Shown: positions 50,096-59,906, counted from the first letter of the stretch. The stretch is 64,000 bases of DNA from an uncultured Fibrobacteria bacterium (GCA_963716395.1 OY970309.1:3690784-3754783), one strand, 5' to 3'. Numbers and translations: made by a program. The notes: generated from the sequence alone by a model not told the origin.

Positions 50096-50581
50096 TCAGC
50101 TGGACGGTGGTTTCAAATGCTCCGGAAGCTTATCGGCATGCAAGTGCGCCACAGGCCACACCCGCAGATAGGCCAGGTCTTCGTCGACGCCATCGACCAC
50201 GGCATATTCGCGATAGTTTCCAGCTGCAACCCAAGCCAGGCTTTGGTGTTCGCGATTTAAGCACGGTTCTCCGCGAATCCATTCAAACAGAAACAAATAC
50301 ACGGCATAGACGCCCCCATACCAGGTATCGCGCACCGGGCCGACCCTGCGGCGCATTTGTAACAGCAACCCTTCCCCCAATTCTTCGCGCAACTCGCGTT
50401 GCATGGCAGCTTCGGGCGACTCGCCACCGCGCAAGTGGCCGCCGGGAAAACCCCAAAGCCCGGGCGCAAAATCGTCGTCGGCCGACCGCCGCAACAGCAG
50501 CACCTCGTTGCGTGGGTTGCGGATCACCGCCAGGCAAAAGCGCGCCTTAAGCGGCGGAGTGTTCATGACACCAATTTTCAT
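50096..50581 (-). CDS. Nudix hydrolase (MutT-like)
   Basis: Nudix box GGHLRGGESPEAAMQRELREELG. Confidence 0.9.
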   Translation of the reverse strand: MKIGVMNTPPLKARFCLAVIRNPRNEVLLLRRSADDDFAPGLWGFPGGHLRGGESPEAAMQRELREELGEGLLLQMRRRVGPVRDTWYGGVYAVYLFLFEWIRGEPCLNREHQSLAWVAAGNYREYAVVDGVDEDLAYLRVWPVAHLHADKLPEHLKPPSS

Positions 50582-51494
50582 AGCGCGCGAGAATTTCGTC
50601 CCTGGTGACTTCGAGACCGATGGGTTGAGTCACCAGCCCGCGTCGCGCCATGCCCCGAAAATAGGTCTCCTGGCGTTTGGCCAAAAGTTGTATCGCATGT
50701 CCCAGGCCCGTCGTCATGTCCGCAAAATCCCTTTCGCCGCGCAAGTGGGCGGCGACATGACGGTATTCCATTCCGAGCTGATCGAGTCGCTCCCAGGACA
50801 AACCGCGTGCGCGCAATCCCTGCACTTCGTCCACCAAACCTGCCTGGAGCCGCGCCTGCAGGCGGCATGCGATGCGATCATGCAGCGTGGCGCGAGCAGC
50901 CTGGGTCACCAGCAGCAGCGGCCGCAAGGTCCAGGTCGGCCGCGCGCGTTCGGGCAAGGCTTTGGGATCGGAATGCATCGCAATTTCCAGCGACCGCACC
51001 ACGCGCTTTTTGCTGGAAAGATCGGTGCGGGCATAACGCTCGGGTGAGCGGCGGCGCAGCGCTTCGCGCAATGTCTCAATATCGCCTTGCATCAAGCCGG
51101 CGCGCAAAGTTGCATCTTCGGGCACGGCGGGAATTTCATAATGCCGCAGCACGGCTTCGAGGTACAGGCCGGTACCGCCGGCGAGAACAGGCGGTACCTG
51201 GACACCCCGCCGTCGCCGAAAATCTTCGAGGGCCGCGTAACAATCGCCTTGAAAACGATAGAGGCCGTAAATTTCGGATGGATCTGCGACGTCGATCAAA
51301 TGGTACGGCACACCGGATGCGCCTTGCCGGTATTCCTCTAGGTCTTTACCCGTGCCCAGATCGAGGGCGCGGTAAACCTGGCGCGAGTCCATGGAAAAAA
51401 TTTCCGAACCCAAGGCCCGGGCCACTTGCACGGCCAAGGCCGTCTTCCCTGTGGCCGTGGGACCGGCAATGACGATGCAGGGCCATTCAGCCAT
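50547..51494 (-). CDS. miaA: tRNA dimethylallyltransferase family protein
   Basis: GPTATGKT, DSRQVY..LDLGTGK, GGTGLY, AKRQETYFR. Confidence 0.9.
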   Translation of the reverse strand: MAEWPCIVIAGPTATGKTALAVQVARALGSEIFSMDSRQVYRALDLGTGKDLEEYRQGASGVPYHLIDVADPSEIYGLYRFQGDCYAALEDFRRRRGVQVPPVLAGGTGLYLEAVLRHYEIPAVPEDATLRAGLMQGDIETLREALRRRSPERYARTDLSSKKRVVRSLEIAMHSDPKALPERARPTWTLRPLLLVTQAARATLHDRIACRLQARLQAGLVDEVQGLRARGLSWERLDQLGMEYRHVAAHLRGERDFADMTTGLGHAIQLLAKRQETYFRGMARRGLVTQPIGLEVTRDEILARYENWCHEHSAA

Positions 51495-52670
51495 GCGCCA
51501 AGGCCCTCAAGACCGCTTCGCTGAGTTGCAGGGCGTCGCCGGCGTCGTGTCCCAGAAAAGCCACGCCATGCCGGCGCGCACCCGACAACGGCGTCAGCCA
51601 AAACGCGCCGCGGCGGGCTTCGGAGTCAAAGTGCAGCGCGCCCAGGGTTTTCCGCAAGGCCGCATAGTGGCTCGGAACCGGGGCATAAGCGGCCGGCCAT
51701 TGGCAAACCAGCACGGCCCGATCCGGAAAGCGGTGGAACAGACCATGCGCGGGATAGGCCATGGAACAGCGCGCGTTCAAATCCACCAGCGGGCGTAACC
51801 GCAATGCTTCGCCCTCGCGCTGCGCGTAAACGTCCATGCCCACGGGTCCAAAATAGCCTTCGCGGTGCAGGCGCTGCGCCACCGCCGCCGCGGCCTTTTC
51901 CACCTGCGGCCGCCAGGGCGCAAACGCGGCATCGTCGCCAATGCGCAACGCTCCGGCATAGCCGCCGCCGCGGCGCGTCAGCAACCGATGTTGGGCCAAG
52001 GTCGAAGTTTCACCGTCGTCGTCAAGCAAAAACAAAACCCCGAACTCCACCGCGATTTCCTGCTCGGGTTCAAGCGCCATGCCCGCATGATCGCGGATTA
52101 GCCGGCGCAGCTTTTCCATTTTGTCCTCCGCAAGCAGCGGCGTGGCGAAGCGCATCTGGGCAATGCCCGCATGGCCGAAATTTCCCTTGGCCACCCATCG
52201 GCCCGGCGGAGCATCCCGAAGCCAGCGTTCCCAGGCCTCGGCGTCGGCGCAAAAAAACGAGGGCGGAGAATGGTCGGGGAACAATTCTTGTTCCAATTGC
52301 CGGCTGAAAGCCCGGCTGTTCACGCGCGCCACTACGTCAGGCGCCGGATGCGGCTCGGGTCGAAGCATGGCGGCATTGCGTGACATCGCGTCACGGTTCC
52401 ACCCAAAAGCAGTGAACCGAAAGCGAGGGTCCGAAGTCACGGCGAATTGCGGAAGCCCGAGACGTAATCCGGTCAGATACTCCAAATACTCCGGCGCGGG
52501 CGGAGACGAAACCAAGAGGCGATCGCCGTCATTCAGCGCGGGCCAAAAATGCCAGGCCATGGCGCGGGCCAACGCCTGGGCGCGCGGCGATGCAAAGTCG
52601 GGACGGGCCAAGGTGAGATCGAATTCGGCGTTACAATACCATTCGCGGCTCGCCGACGGCGGATATATAA
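51487..52670 (-). CDS. Uncharacterised ATP-grasp-fold protein (start codon uncertain)
   Basis: WVAKGNFGHAG, LEP, GYFGPVGMD, LVDLNAR match the ATP-grasp pattern; the track start at 52851 overlaps the opposite-strand gene. Confidence 0.65.
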
Positions 52671-52680
52671 CTTGTGGGCC

Positions 52681-53196
52681 GTGCGCCGGATCGTTTTGCT
52701 TTTGGCCTTGCTCCCGCTCGCTTTGCTGTGGGGCTGCGCTGCGTGGCCTCGCCCCTCCGACTGGAAACACTGCCGCTTCGAAGTCGCCGCCTTGCAATTC
52801 GAAGGCTGGCAAAAAAACCAAACCGAATGGAAGCTGGCTTTGGCCGTGCATAATCCCAATCCGCGCCCGTTACACCTCGAGGGATTGAGGCTGTTCGCGC
52901 TGCACGATCAAGATACCCTGGCCACCTTGCGCAGCGTGAAGCCGTTGGATTTGCCGCCGCAAGATTCGGCGCGCGTCGAGTTGCAAGTCGACCTTCCCGA
53001 CGCGGCCTGGAAGCAGGTGCTGGCCACGCGCGGCGGCCCGGCGCATATCACCGTGGTGGGCGACGCCTTCTTTCACACGCTGTTCGGAGTGCGGAAATAT
53101 GCCGGGGCCCTGCACAAAACCTATGATGTCGATTTAGCTTCGGTTTTGAACGGCTTCGGCGGCAGGCTGTTTGAAAATTTTTTGTTTTCGCACTGA
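52681..53196 (+). CDS. LEA_2/WHy-domain lipoprotein
   Basis: LWG|C lipobox, LAVHNPN motif, 'LPPQDSARVEL'. Confidence 0.75.
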   Translation: MRRIVLLLALLPLALLWGCAAWPRPSDWKHCRFEVAALQFEGWQKNQTEWKLALAVHNPNPRPLHLEGLRLFALHDQDTLATLRSVKPLDLPPQDSARVELQVDLPDAAWKQVLATRGGPAHITVVGDAFFHTLFGVRKYAGALHKTYDVDLASVLNGFGGRLFENFLFSH

Positions 53197-53232
53197 GCCT
53201 ACCTGCAATTATCGGGGCCAAACTCCATGACG

Positions 53233-53379
53233 GGACCGGTCGGAGTTCTCGCTCAAAGGCCTGCGGAACGGCTCGACTGAGCTCGCCGAGATCTCGTCCG
53301 CCTTCGGCGACTCAAACAGGTCACCTCGACCGGCTCGGTGCAACGCCTCGGCCTTTTCGGAGAATCTCCGTACCGGCCC
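53233..53379. repeat. ~150-bp nested palindromic element (MITE/REP-like) between convergent genes
   Basis: Outer arms GGACCGGTCGGAGTTCTC / GAGAATCTCCGTACCGGCCC; AAAGGCC/GGCCTTT; three inner hairpins. Confidence 0.75.
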
Positions 53380-53489
53380 CTTTCATTCACCCTCAAGTCT
53401 GATACCCCCGACCGCCAGGCGGACTGAGGGGTAGTTCAATTTCGCAGATTCATCTTCCACTGATTTCCTGCAATTCGATGTGGTCACGC

Positions 53490-54383
53490 TTAGTGAAACG
53501 CCGATCCGCTCAAATACCGGTCGCCGCGATCCGGCAAGATCACCACGACCACGCCCGACGCCAACTCGCGGGAAAGATCGACCGCGCCATGCACGGCACC
53601 ACCGGCCGAAACGCCGGCAAACAGTCCTTCGCGGCGGGCCAACTCCTGGGCCATATGTTCGGCCTGGGTCTGGCTGACTTCGACGATGCGGTCGACGCGC
53701 GCGGCGTCGTAGATCTTGGGCAGATATTCCTGCGGCCAGCGGCGAATGCCCGGAATCGACGAGCCTTCGGCCGGCTGCGCACCCACGATGTGCACGGCGG
53801 GATTTTTCTCCTTCAGAAACCGGGAGCAGCCCATGATGGTTCCGGTAGTGCCCATGCTCGACACGAAATGCGTGATCGCCCCTTCGGTGTCGCGCCAGAT
53901 CTCGGGGCCCGTGGTTTCGTAATGCGCCAAAACATTGTCGGGATTGGAAAACTGATCGAGCATAAAGTACCCGCCGGCCGCCACCATGGAGTGGGCAAAA
54001 TCGATGGTGCCTTCCATGCCTTGCGCCGCGGGCGTCAAATGCACCACCGCGCCATAGGCCCGCATGGTTTTCACGCGCTCGGGCGTAGCGCTTTCGGGCA
54101 TCACCAAATGCATTTCGTAACCGGCCACGGCTGCGATCATGGCCAGCGCGATTCCGGTATTGCCCGAAGTGGGTTCCACGAGCTTCATGCCCGGCTTTAA
54201 CACGCCGCGCTCTTGCGCCTTGAGAATCATGGATTTGGCCGGACGATCCTTGACCGAGCCTCCGGGATTGTCGCCTTCGAGCTTGGCGTAAAGCTTGACC
54301 TTGGGATTGGGGTTCAGGTTCCGCAATTCGACCAGGGGCGTGTTCCCGACCAGGTCCAGCACATTCTCCGCCTGTTTTGCCAT
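53490..54383 (-). CDS. cysM: Cysteine synthase B
   Basis: KLEGDNPGGSVKDR, PTSGNTG, MGTTGT, IPGIRRWP, DRGDRYLS. Confidence 0.95.
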   Translation of the reverse strand: MAKQAENVLDLVGNTPLVELRNLNPNPKVKLYAKLEGDNPGGSVKDRPAKSMILKAQERGVLKPGMKLVEPTSGNTGIALAMIAAVAGYEMHLVMPESATPERVKTMRAYGAVVHLTPAAQGMEGTIDFAHSMVAAGGYFMLDQFSNPDNVLAHYETTGPEIWRDTEGAITHFVSSMGTTGTIMGCSRFLKEKNPAVHIVGAQPAEGSSIPGIRRWPQEYLPKIYDAARVDRIVEVSQTQAEHMAQELARREGLFAGVSAGGAVHGAVDLSRELASGVVVVILPDRGDRYLSGSAFH

Positions 54384-54410
54384 GCGGTGAAAGATACCTT
54401 TTCACCCGTT

Positions 54411-56423
54411 ATGACTTCGAATCAAGCCCGGGAAAAAAACCGCGTCCGCATCGACGCGCTGCGGCAGGAATTGCATGCGGCCAACGACCTGTATTACCGC
54501 GAAGGCCGCTCGCCCATGTCGGATGCCGAATACGACGTTAAGCTCAAAGCATTGGCCGGCCTTGAAGCCGAATATCCGGAATGGCGGGACCCGGCCTCGC
54601 CCACCCACAAGGTGGGATCGGATTTGAGCACGGGCTTCCGCAAGGTGACGCACCGTTTTCCCATGCTCAGCATTCAAAACACCTATTCCGAAGAAGAAGT
54701 GCGCGACTTCCACCGCCAGGTCACGGAAAAAATTCCCGCCGTGGAACTGACCTATGTGTGCGAACCCAAAATCGACGGCGTGGCCATGAGCCTGGTGTAC
54801 GCCAATCGTCGACTAGTGATTGGCGTCACGCGCGGTGACGGCGTGCAAGGCGACGACGTGACCCGCAACATCCGCACCATCAAAACCATCCCGCAGCAAT
54901 TGCCGGCCGCATTTCCGGCCGATCGCTTCGAAGTACGCGGCGAAGTGTACATGACCAAAAAGAATTTTCTGGCGTTCAACGAATACTCGATCCGGGTGTT
55001 TGGCAAAGAACTGCAGAACCCGCGCAATACGGCCTCGGGCAGCCTGAAGTTGAAAGACCCCGAAGAAGCCGCGCAGCGGCCGCTGGATTTTTTCGCCTAC
55101 GCCGTTCTCCAAGATGAATCCGTCGGATCGCATTGGAACAACCTGGACATGCTGGCTCACGGCGGGTTTCCGGTCAATAAGTTGCGGGCCAAGGTGAAAA
55201 CCGTGGATGAGGCCATGCAGGTTTGCGCACAATGGGAAAAGCAGCGCGACGCCTTGCCCTATCAAATCGACGGCGTAGTCCTCAAGGTTGATGACCTGCA
55301 ACAACAGGCGCTTTTGGGACGCACGGCGAAAAGCCCAAAATGGGTAATCGCCTACAAGTACAAAACCGAAGCCGCCGAAACTTTGCTCGAATCGGTGAGC
55401 TTCCAGGTCGGGCGTACCGGCGTGGTGACGCCCGTGGCCAATCTCAAGCCCGTGCATTTGGGCGGCACCGTGGTGAAACGGGCCACCTTGCACAACTTCG
55501 ACGAAATCGAACGGCTGGGCTTGCAGGCGCCCGATGCCGTCTTGGTGGAAAAAGGCGGCGAAATCATTCCCAAGATCACAGGCGTGGTCCACGACAAACG
55601 ACCCAAGAACAGCCGGCCCATCGCGCCGCCCCAAACCTGTCCTGTGTGCGGCGAGGCTTTGTCCAAGGTCGAAGAAGAAGTGGCCTGGCGCTGCGACAAT
55701 CTGCAATGCCCGGCCCAGGTCCAGCGCGCGATTCTGCATTTCGCCGGACGCGGGGCCATGAACATCGAGCATTTGGGTCCGGCTTTGGTCGACGCCCTGC
55801 TCGAAGCCGCCTTGATCCACGACGCCGCAGACCTGTATGCGTTGCGCCGGGAGGATTTGGAAAAGCTGGATCGCATGGCCGAAAAATCGGCGGCCAAGGT
55901 GGCGGCCTCGATCGAAGAAAGCAAAAGCCGTGGCTTGGATCGGCTGCTGTTCGGTTTGGGCATCCGCTTCATCGGTAAAACCACGGCGCTGGCTTTGGCC
56001 CGGCATTTTCAAACCCTGGATCGGCTGCGCGCCGCCGGCTTGGAAGAATTGCAGGCTGCGCCCGACGTCGGCGAGCGCATGGCCCAAAGCCTGCGCGACT
56101 ATTTTTCCCATGCCAAGACGCATAAGCTGCTGGAAAAGCTGCACCGCGCCGGCGTCAAAACCGATTTTGAAGCTGCGGCCGGCGCCCAACCCTTGCTTGG
56201 ACAAACCTGGGTCATCACCGGCACCCTGCCTTCATGGAGCCGCGATGAGGCGCGCACCATCCTGGAAAACGCCGGCGCCAAGGTGACCGAATCCGTGTCG
56301 AAAAAAACCACGGCCCTGTTACTCGGAGAATCGCCCGGAAGCAAATTCGAGAAGGCGCAGAAGCTCGGCGTCAAGACGGTTACCGAAGCCGAGGTCAAAG
56401 CCGCTTTGGGATTTAATGCATGA
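54411..56423 (+). CDS. ligA: NAD-dependent DNA ligase
   Basis: EPKIDG, TRGDG, EVRGEV, NPRN, VGRTG, CPVC zinc finger, HhH, BRCT. Confidence 0.98.
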   Translation: MTSNQAREKNRVRIDALRQELHAANDLYYREGRSPMSDAEYDVKLKALAGLEAEYPEWRDPASPTHKVGSDLSTGFRKVTHRFPMLSIQNTYSEEEVRDFHRQVTEKIPAVELTYVCEPKIDGVAMSLVYANRRLVIGVTRGDGVQGDDVTRNIRTIKTIPQQLPAAFPADRFEVRGEVYMTKKNFLAFNEYSIRVFGKELQNPRNTASGSLKLKDPEEAAQRPLDFFAYAVLQDESVGSHWNNLDMLAHGGFPVNKLRAKVKTVDEAMQVCAQWEKQRDALPYQIDGVVLKVDDLQQQALLGRTAKSPKWVIAYKYKTEAAETLLESVSFQVGRTGVVTPVANLKPVHLGGTVVKRATLHNFDEIERLGLQAPDAVLVEKGGEIIPKITGVVHDKRPKNSRPIAPPQTCPVCGEALSKVEEEVAWRCDNLQCPAQVQRAILHFAGRGAMNIEHLGPALVDALLEAALIHDAADLYALRREDLEKLDRMAEKSAAKVAASIEESKSRGLDRLLFGLGIRFIGKTTALALARHFQTLDRLRAAGLEELQAAPDVGERMAQSLRDYFSHAKTHKLLEKLHRAGVKTDFEAAAGAQPLLGQTWVITGTLPSWSRDEARTILENAGAKVTESVSKKTTALLLGESPGSKFEKAQKLGVKTVTEAEVKAALGFNA

Positions 56424-56480
56424 TACCCGTCACGAATTTCGCACGATTAGTCCATCGGCCGGGTTTCTGAAGAACCGAGC

Positions 56481-59400
56481 ATGCGCTACATCGCCGATCT
56501 GCATGTCCACTCCCATTACTCGCGGGCCACCAGTAAAAATCTCACCCTCGAATCGCTGTATCAATGGGCCAAGATCAAAGGCATCGGCGTAGTGGGCACG
56601 GGCGATTTTACCCACCCGTTCTGGTTCCGCGAGTTGCGTGAAAAGCTGGCGCCCGACGGCGGCGGATTTTTCCGCCTGAAGGATCCGCCACCGGATCCGC
56701 CCGGACTTCGCTCCGGCCATCGCGACGTGCGCTTTTGTCTAACCTCGGAAATTAGCAGTATTTATAAAAAGGATGGAAAGGTTCGCAAGAACCACAATTT
56801 GGTATACGCGCCCGATCTCGACACCGTGGCGCGCATCAATACCCGCCTGGCCGAAATCGGCAACCTCGAAGCCGACGGCCGACCGATTCTCGGCCTGCCT
56901 TCGCGCGATTTGCTCGAAATCGTGTTGCATTCTTCGCCGCGGGCCTATCTCGTGCCGGCGCATATCTGGACTCCGTGGTTTTCCATGCTGGGATCGAAAT
57001 CGGGTTATGACAGCGTTGCCGAGTGCTTCGGCGATTTGACCGAATATATCTTTGCCCTGGAAACCGGCCTGTCCTCAGACCCTGCCATGAATTGGAAGCT
57101 GAGTTCGCTGGATCGCTTCGCCCTGATTTCCAATTCCGACGCGCATTCCGCCGAAAAGCTGGGCCGCGAAGGCAATTGCTTCGACGCCGAATTCAGTTAT
57201 GACGGCATGTTCGACGCCATCCGCACGCGGCTGGGATTTCTCGGCACCTTGGAGTTCTTCCCCGAAGAGGGCAAATACCATCTCGACGGACATCGCCGCT
57301 GCGGGGTCGTGCTCGATCCCAAAATCACCTTGGAGCATAACGGCCTTTGCCCCCATTGCGGCGAGCCGCTGACCATCGGCGTGCTGCACCGCGTCGAAGC
57401 CTTGGCCGATCGCGAAGTCCCGCAGCGGCCCGATCGCGCCCCAGAATTCGAATACCTGGTGCCGCTGCCCGAAATCCTTTCTGAGTTGGTCGGCACAGGC
57501 CCGGGGAGTAAGGCGGTGGCCGAGCAATACCGACTTTTGCTGGCGGCCTTCGGCAGCGAATTCGCCCTGCTGCGCGAAGCGCCCCTCGACGACGTGGAAC
57601 GCCGTTTCGGACCCGTGCTGGCGGAAGCGTTGCGGCGCATGCGCAGCGGCCAAGTCAGCGCCCAAGCCGGTTATGACGGCGAGTACGGCGTGATTCGATT
57701 CTTCCGGCCGGGCGAAAAAGAAGAGTTGGGCGGCCAAACTGGTTTGTTCGGAAAAATGGCAACGACGCCAAAACGCACCACGCGGCGCACCGAAGTCAAA
57801 AATAAGGCGCTGACCGAAATCGCCAACGCGCTGGCCGCCGAGCCTAAGCCGAGTGAAAATGCGGAGCTCGATCCCGAGCAAGCGACGGCGGTACTGGCCG
57901 AAGGCTCGGTGCAGGTCAATGCCGGACCCGGAACCGGCAAGACCCGCACCTTGACGCATTGGTTGCTGCGGCAATACCAACAAGGTGTGAGTCCGGATCA
58001 CATCTTAGCCGTCACCTTCACCCGCAAAGCCGCCGAAGAAGTGCGAAACCGGCTGCGGACCTTGCTCGGCGCCGAAGCGGATCGGGCGTGCGTCGGAACC
58101 TTTCACGCCATCGCCTGGGAGTGGCTGCGGGAACGCGAAGCCGCCGAACGCCTTTACGACGATGCGGCGCGCCAAAGCGTGCTGCGCCGCATTCTACCCG
58201 AAGCTTCGGCCACCGGCGTGCGTCAAACCTCCGAAGCCTTACGGCTGGCCTGGGAAACCGATGGGGCGTTTACACCTGAACTGTCCGAACTCAGCAGCCG
58301 CTACCGCGCCTTTGCAGCGACCCAACATGCCGTCGATGTGGCCGACCTCGTGGGCCAACTACTGCGGCGCTGGGAGAACGACCCCGCATGGCTGGAAAGC
58401 TGCCGCCGCCGGGTGCGCTGCTGCGCCGTGGATGAATTCCAGGACATCAATCCGCAGCAGTATCGGTTGATCCAAACGCTTTGCACTGGCATTCCGGTGT
58501 TCGCCATCGGCGATCCGGATCAGGCGATTTACGCTTTTCGCGGATCCGATGCGAACCTGTTCACGTGCTTCGCGGACGACTTCGCGGCGCAGCGCGTGGC
58601 TTTGACCCGGAACTACCGTTCGGCACCCGCCCTCGTGGCTGCTGCGCAGGCCTTGATCGCGCGCAACCCGCGTCCGGCGCGGCCGGCATTGCAGGCACAA
58701 CGCTCCGGAGGCGAGGCCGTGCAGGGCCATGCGGCGGCCGACGCCGCGGGCGAAGCGTCCTTCCTGGTGCATCGCATCCGCCATTTGGTAGGAGGATTAG
58801 AACACGAAGCCGTGGCCGCGGCGCGGCTCGTTTCCTTCGCCGACATCGCTGTGCTGTTCCGCGTGCGCACGGTGGGCGAAGCCTTGCTGCCGCATTTTCG
58901 CCAGGCGAATATTCCCGTACGTTTCGGCGACGCCATGCCCTTGCTGGCCGAACCGCCTTTCGACGCTGTAGCCGCCGCGTTACGGTTGCATGTGCAGGCC
59001 GAAGATCCGGTGGCCTGGGAAACTTTGCTGCCGGGTCTGGGTTGGCAACCCGCGCAGATCCGTCGTTTCCTATCCGGCATCGAAGATCTGGGCGCTGCCT
59101 TGCAGCCCGATGCCATCCTACCATCCGAATCTCTGCGGCCGGTCTGGGAGCGCTGGGTCTCGACACACCATGCCTTGCCGCGGGTCTTGCAAAGTCAAGG
59201 CGTGGCCGGCATCCTGCAAGCCTGCCTGGATTTATTCGCCCCGCCTTCGGGGTGGACGGACGACCAGCGGCTGCACGCCGATACCATTCTTGAGTTAGGC
59301 GCGCGCCATGGAAACGACCCGGCAGCCTTTCTGCGTGATGCCGCACTGACGCCCAATACCGATGCTTTACTGGCGCGCGCCGAAGCCGTGCGCTTTCTCA

Positions 59401-59708
59401 CTTTTCATGCTGCCAAGGGACTGGAGTTTCCCATCGTGCTGATCGCCGGGGTCGAAGAAGGCATTACGCCCTGGTTGCGTGACGCCGATCTGGCAGAAGA
59501 GCGCCGCTTGTTCTATGTCGCGCTGACGCGCGCACGGGATCAACTTTTTGTGACACATGCGGCAATGCGATCAAAATACGGCAGTATCGTCGCAGCGCAG
59601 CCTTCAAGGTTTTTACAGGAGTTGCCCGCCTTAATGGGATGGAGAAATGAACCGCTCCGTAAGGCAAAACTACCGTGTGGAGAACAGCTTTCGTTGTTTT
59701 CGACTTGA
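56481..59708 (+). CDS. Endonuclease Q-like PHP domain fused to a UvrD/Rep helicase
   Basis: ADLHVHSHYSRATS, GTGDFTHP, PAHIWTP, SNSDAHS, CPHC, GYDGEYG; then AGPGTGKT, VDEFQD, GDPDQAIY, NYRS, HAAKGLEF, EERRLFYVALTRA. Confidence 0.93.
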   Translation: MRYIADLHVHSHYSRATSKNLTLESLYQWAKIKGIGVVGTGDFTHPFWFRELREKLAPDGGGFFRLKDPPPDPPGLRSGHRDVRFCLTSEISSIYKKDGKVRKNHNLVYAPDLDTVARINTRLAEIGNLEADGRPILGLPSRDLLEIVLHSSPRAYLVPAHIWTPWFSMLGSKSGYDSVAECFGDLTEYIFALETGLSSDPAMNWKLSSLDRFALISNSDAHSAEKLGREGNCFDAEFSYDGMFDAIRTRLGFLGTLEFFPEEGKYHLDGHRRCGVVLDPKITLEHNGLCPHCGEPLTIGVLHRVEALADREVPQRPDRAPEFEYLVPLPEILSELVGTGPGSKAVAEQYRLLLAAFGSEFALLREAPLDDVERRFGPVLAEALRRMRSGQVSAQAGYDGEYGVIRFFRPGEKEELGGQTGLFGKMATTPKRTTRRTEVKNKALTEIANALAAEPKPSENAELDPEQATAVLAEGSVQVNAGPGTGKTRTLTHWLLRQYQQGVSPDHILAVTFTRKAAEEVRNRLRTLLGAEADRACVGTFHAIAWEWLREREAAERLYDDAARQSVLRRILPEASATGVRQTSEALRLAWETDGAFTPELSELSSRYRAFAATQHAVDVADLVGQLLRRWENDPAWLESCRRRVRCCAVDEFQDINPQQYRLIQTLCTGIPVFAIGDPDQAIYAFRGSDANLFTCFADDFAAQRVALTRNYRSAPALVAAAQALIARNPRPARPALQAQRSGGEAVQGHAAADAAGEASFLVHRIRHLVGGLEHEAVAAARLVSFADIAVLFRVRTVGEALLPHFRQANIPVRFGDAMPLLAEPPFDAVAAALRLHVQAEDPVAWETLLPGLGWQPAQIRRFLSGIEDLGAALQPDAILPSESLRPVWERWVSTHHALPRVLQSQGVAGILQACLDLFAPPSGWTDDQRLHADTILELGARHGNDPAAFLRDAALTPNTDALLARAEAVRFLTFHAAKGLEFPIVLIAGVEEGITPWLRDADLAEERRLFYVALTRARDQLFVTHAAMRSKYGSIVAAQPSRFLQELPALMGWRNEPLRKAKLPCGEQLSLFST

Positions 59709-59733
59709 CCAAAACAACGACGAATTTTACCGT
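59705..59733 (+). promoter_or_regulatory. Sigma70-type promoter for tRNA-Gly
   Basis: TTGACC-17 bp-TACCGT. Confidence 0.6.
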
Positions 59734-59759
59734 TACGTTCCGTTCTTACACAATACTCA

Positions 59760-59815
59760 GCGGGATTGGATCAGCTAGTATCCGCTGAAGGCGGACTTGC
59801 CGAGGAGAAGGTCGA
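59760..59815 (+). pseudogene. Degenerate partial tRNA-Gly copy with hairpin insertion
   Basis: 16/21 match to tRNA nt 1-21 and 19/20 match to nt 31-50, separated by TCCGCTGAAGGCGGA. Confidence 0.75.
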
Positions 59816-59830
59816 AGAAGAAAAGTTCTA

Positions 59831-59906
59831 GCGGGTTTAGCTCAGTTGGTAGAGCATCTCCTTGCCAAGGAGAAGGTCGAGGGTTCGAGTCTCTTAACCC
59901 GCTCCA
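59831..59906 (+). tRNA. tRNA-Gly (GCC)
   Basis: 76-nt cloverleaf GCGGGTTTAGCTCAG...TTGCCAA...GGTTCGAGTC...CCCGCTCCA. Confidence 0.97.

Noticed and set aside
52670-52851. ATG 52851 as the start of the ATP-grasp gene
   Set aside because: It would overlap the LEA_2 lipoprotein gene head-to-head by ~170 nt
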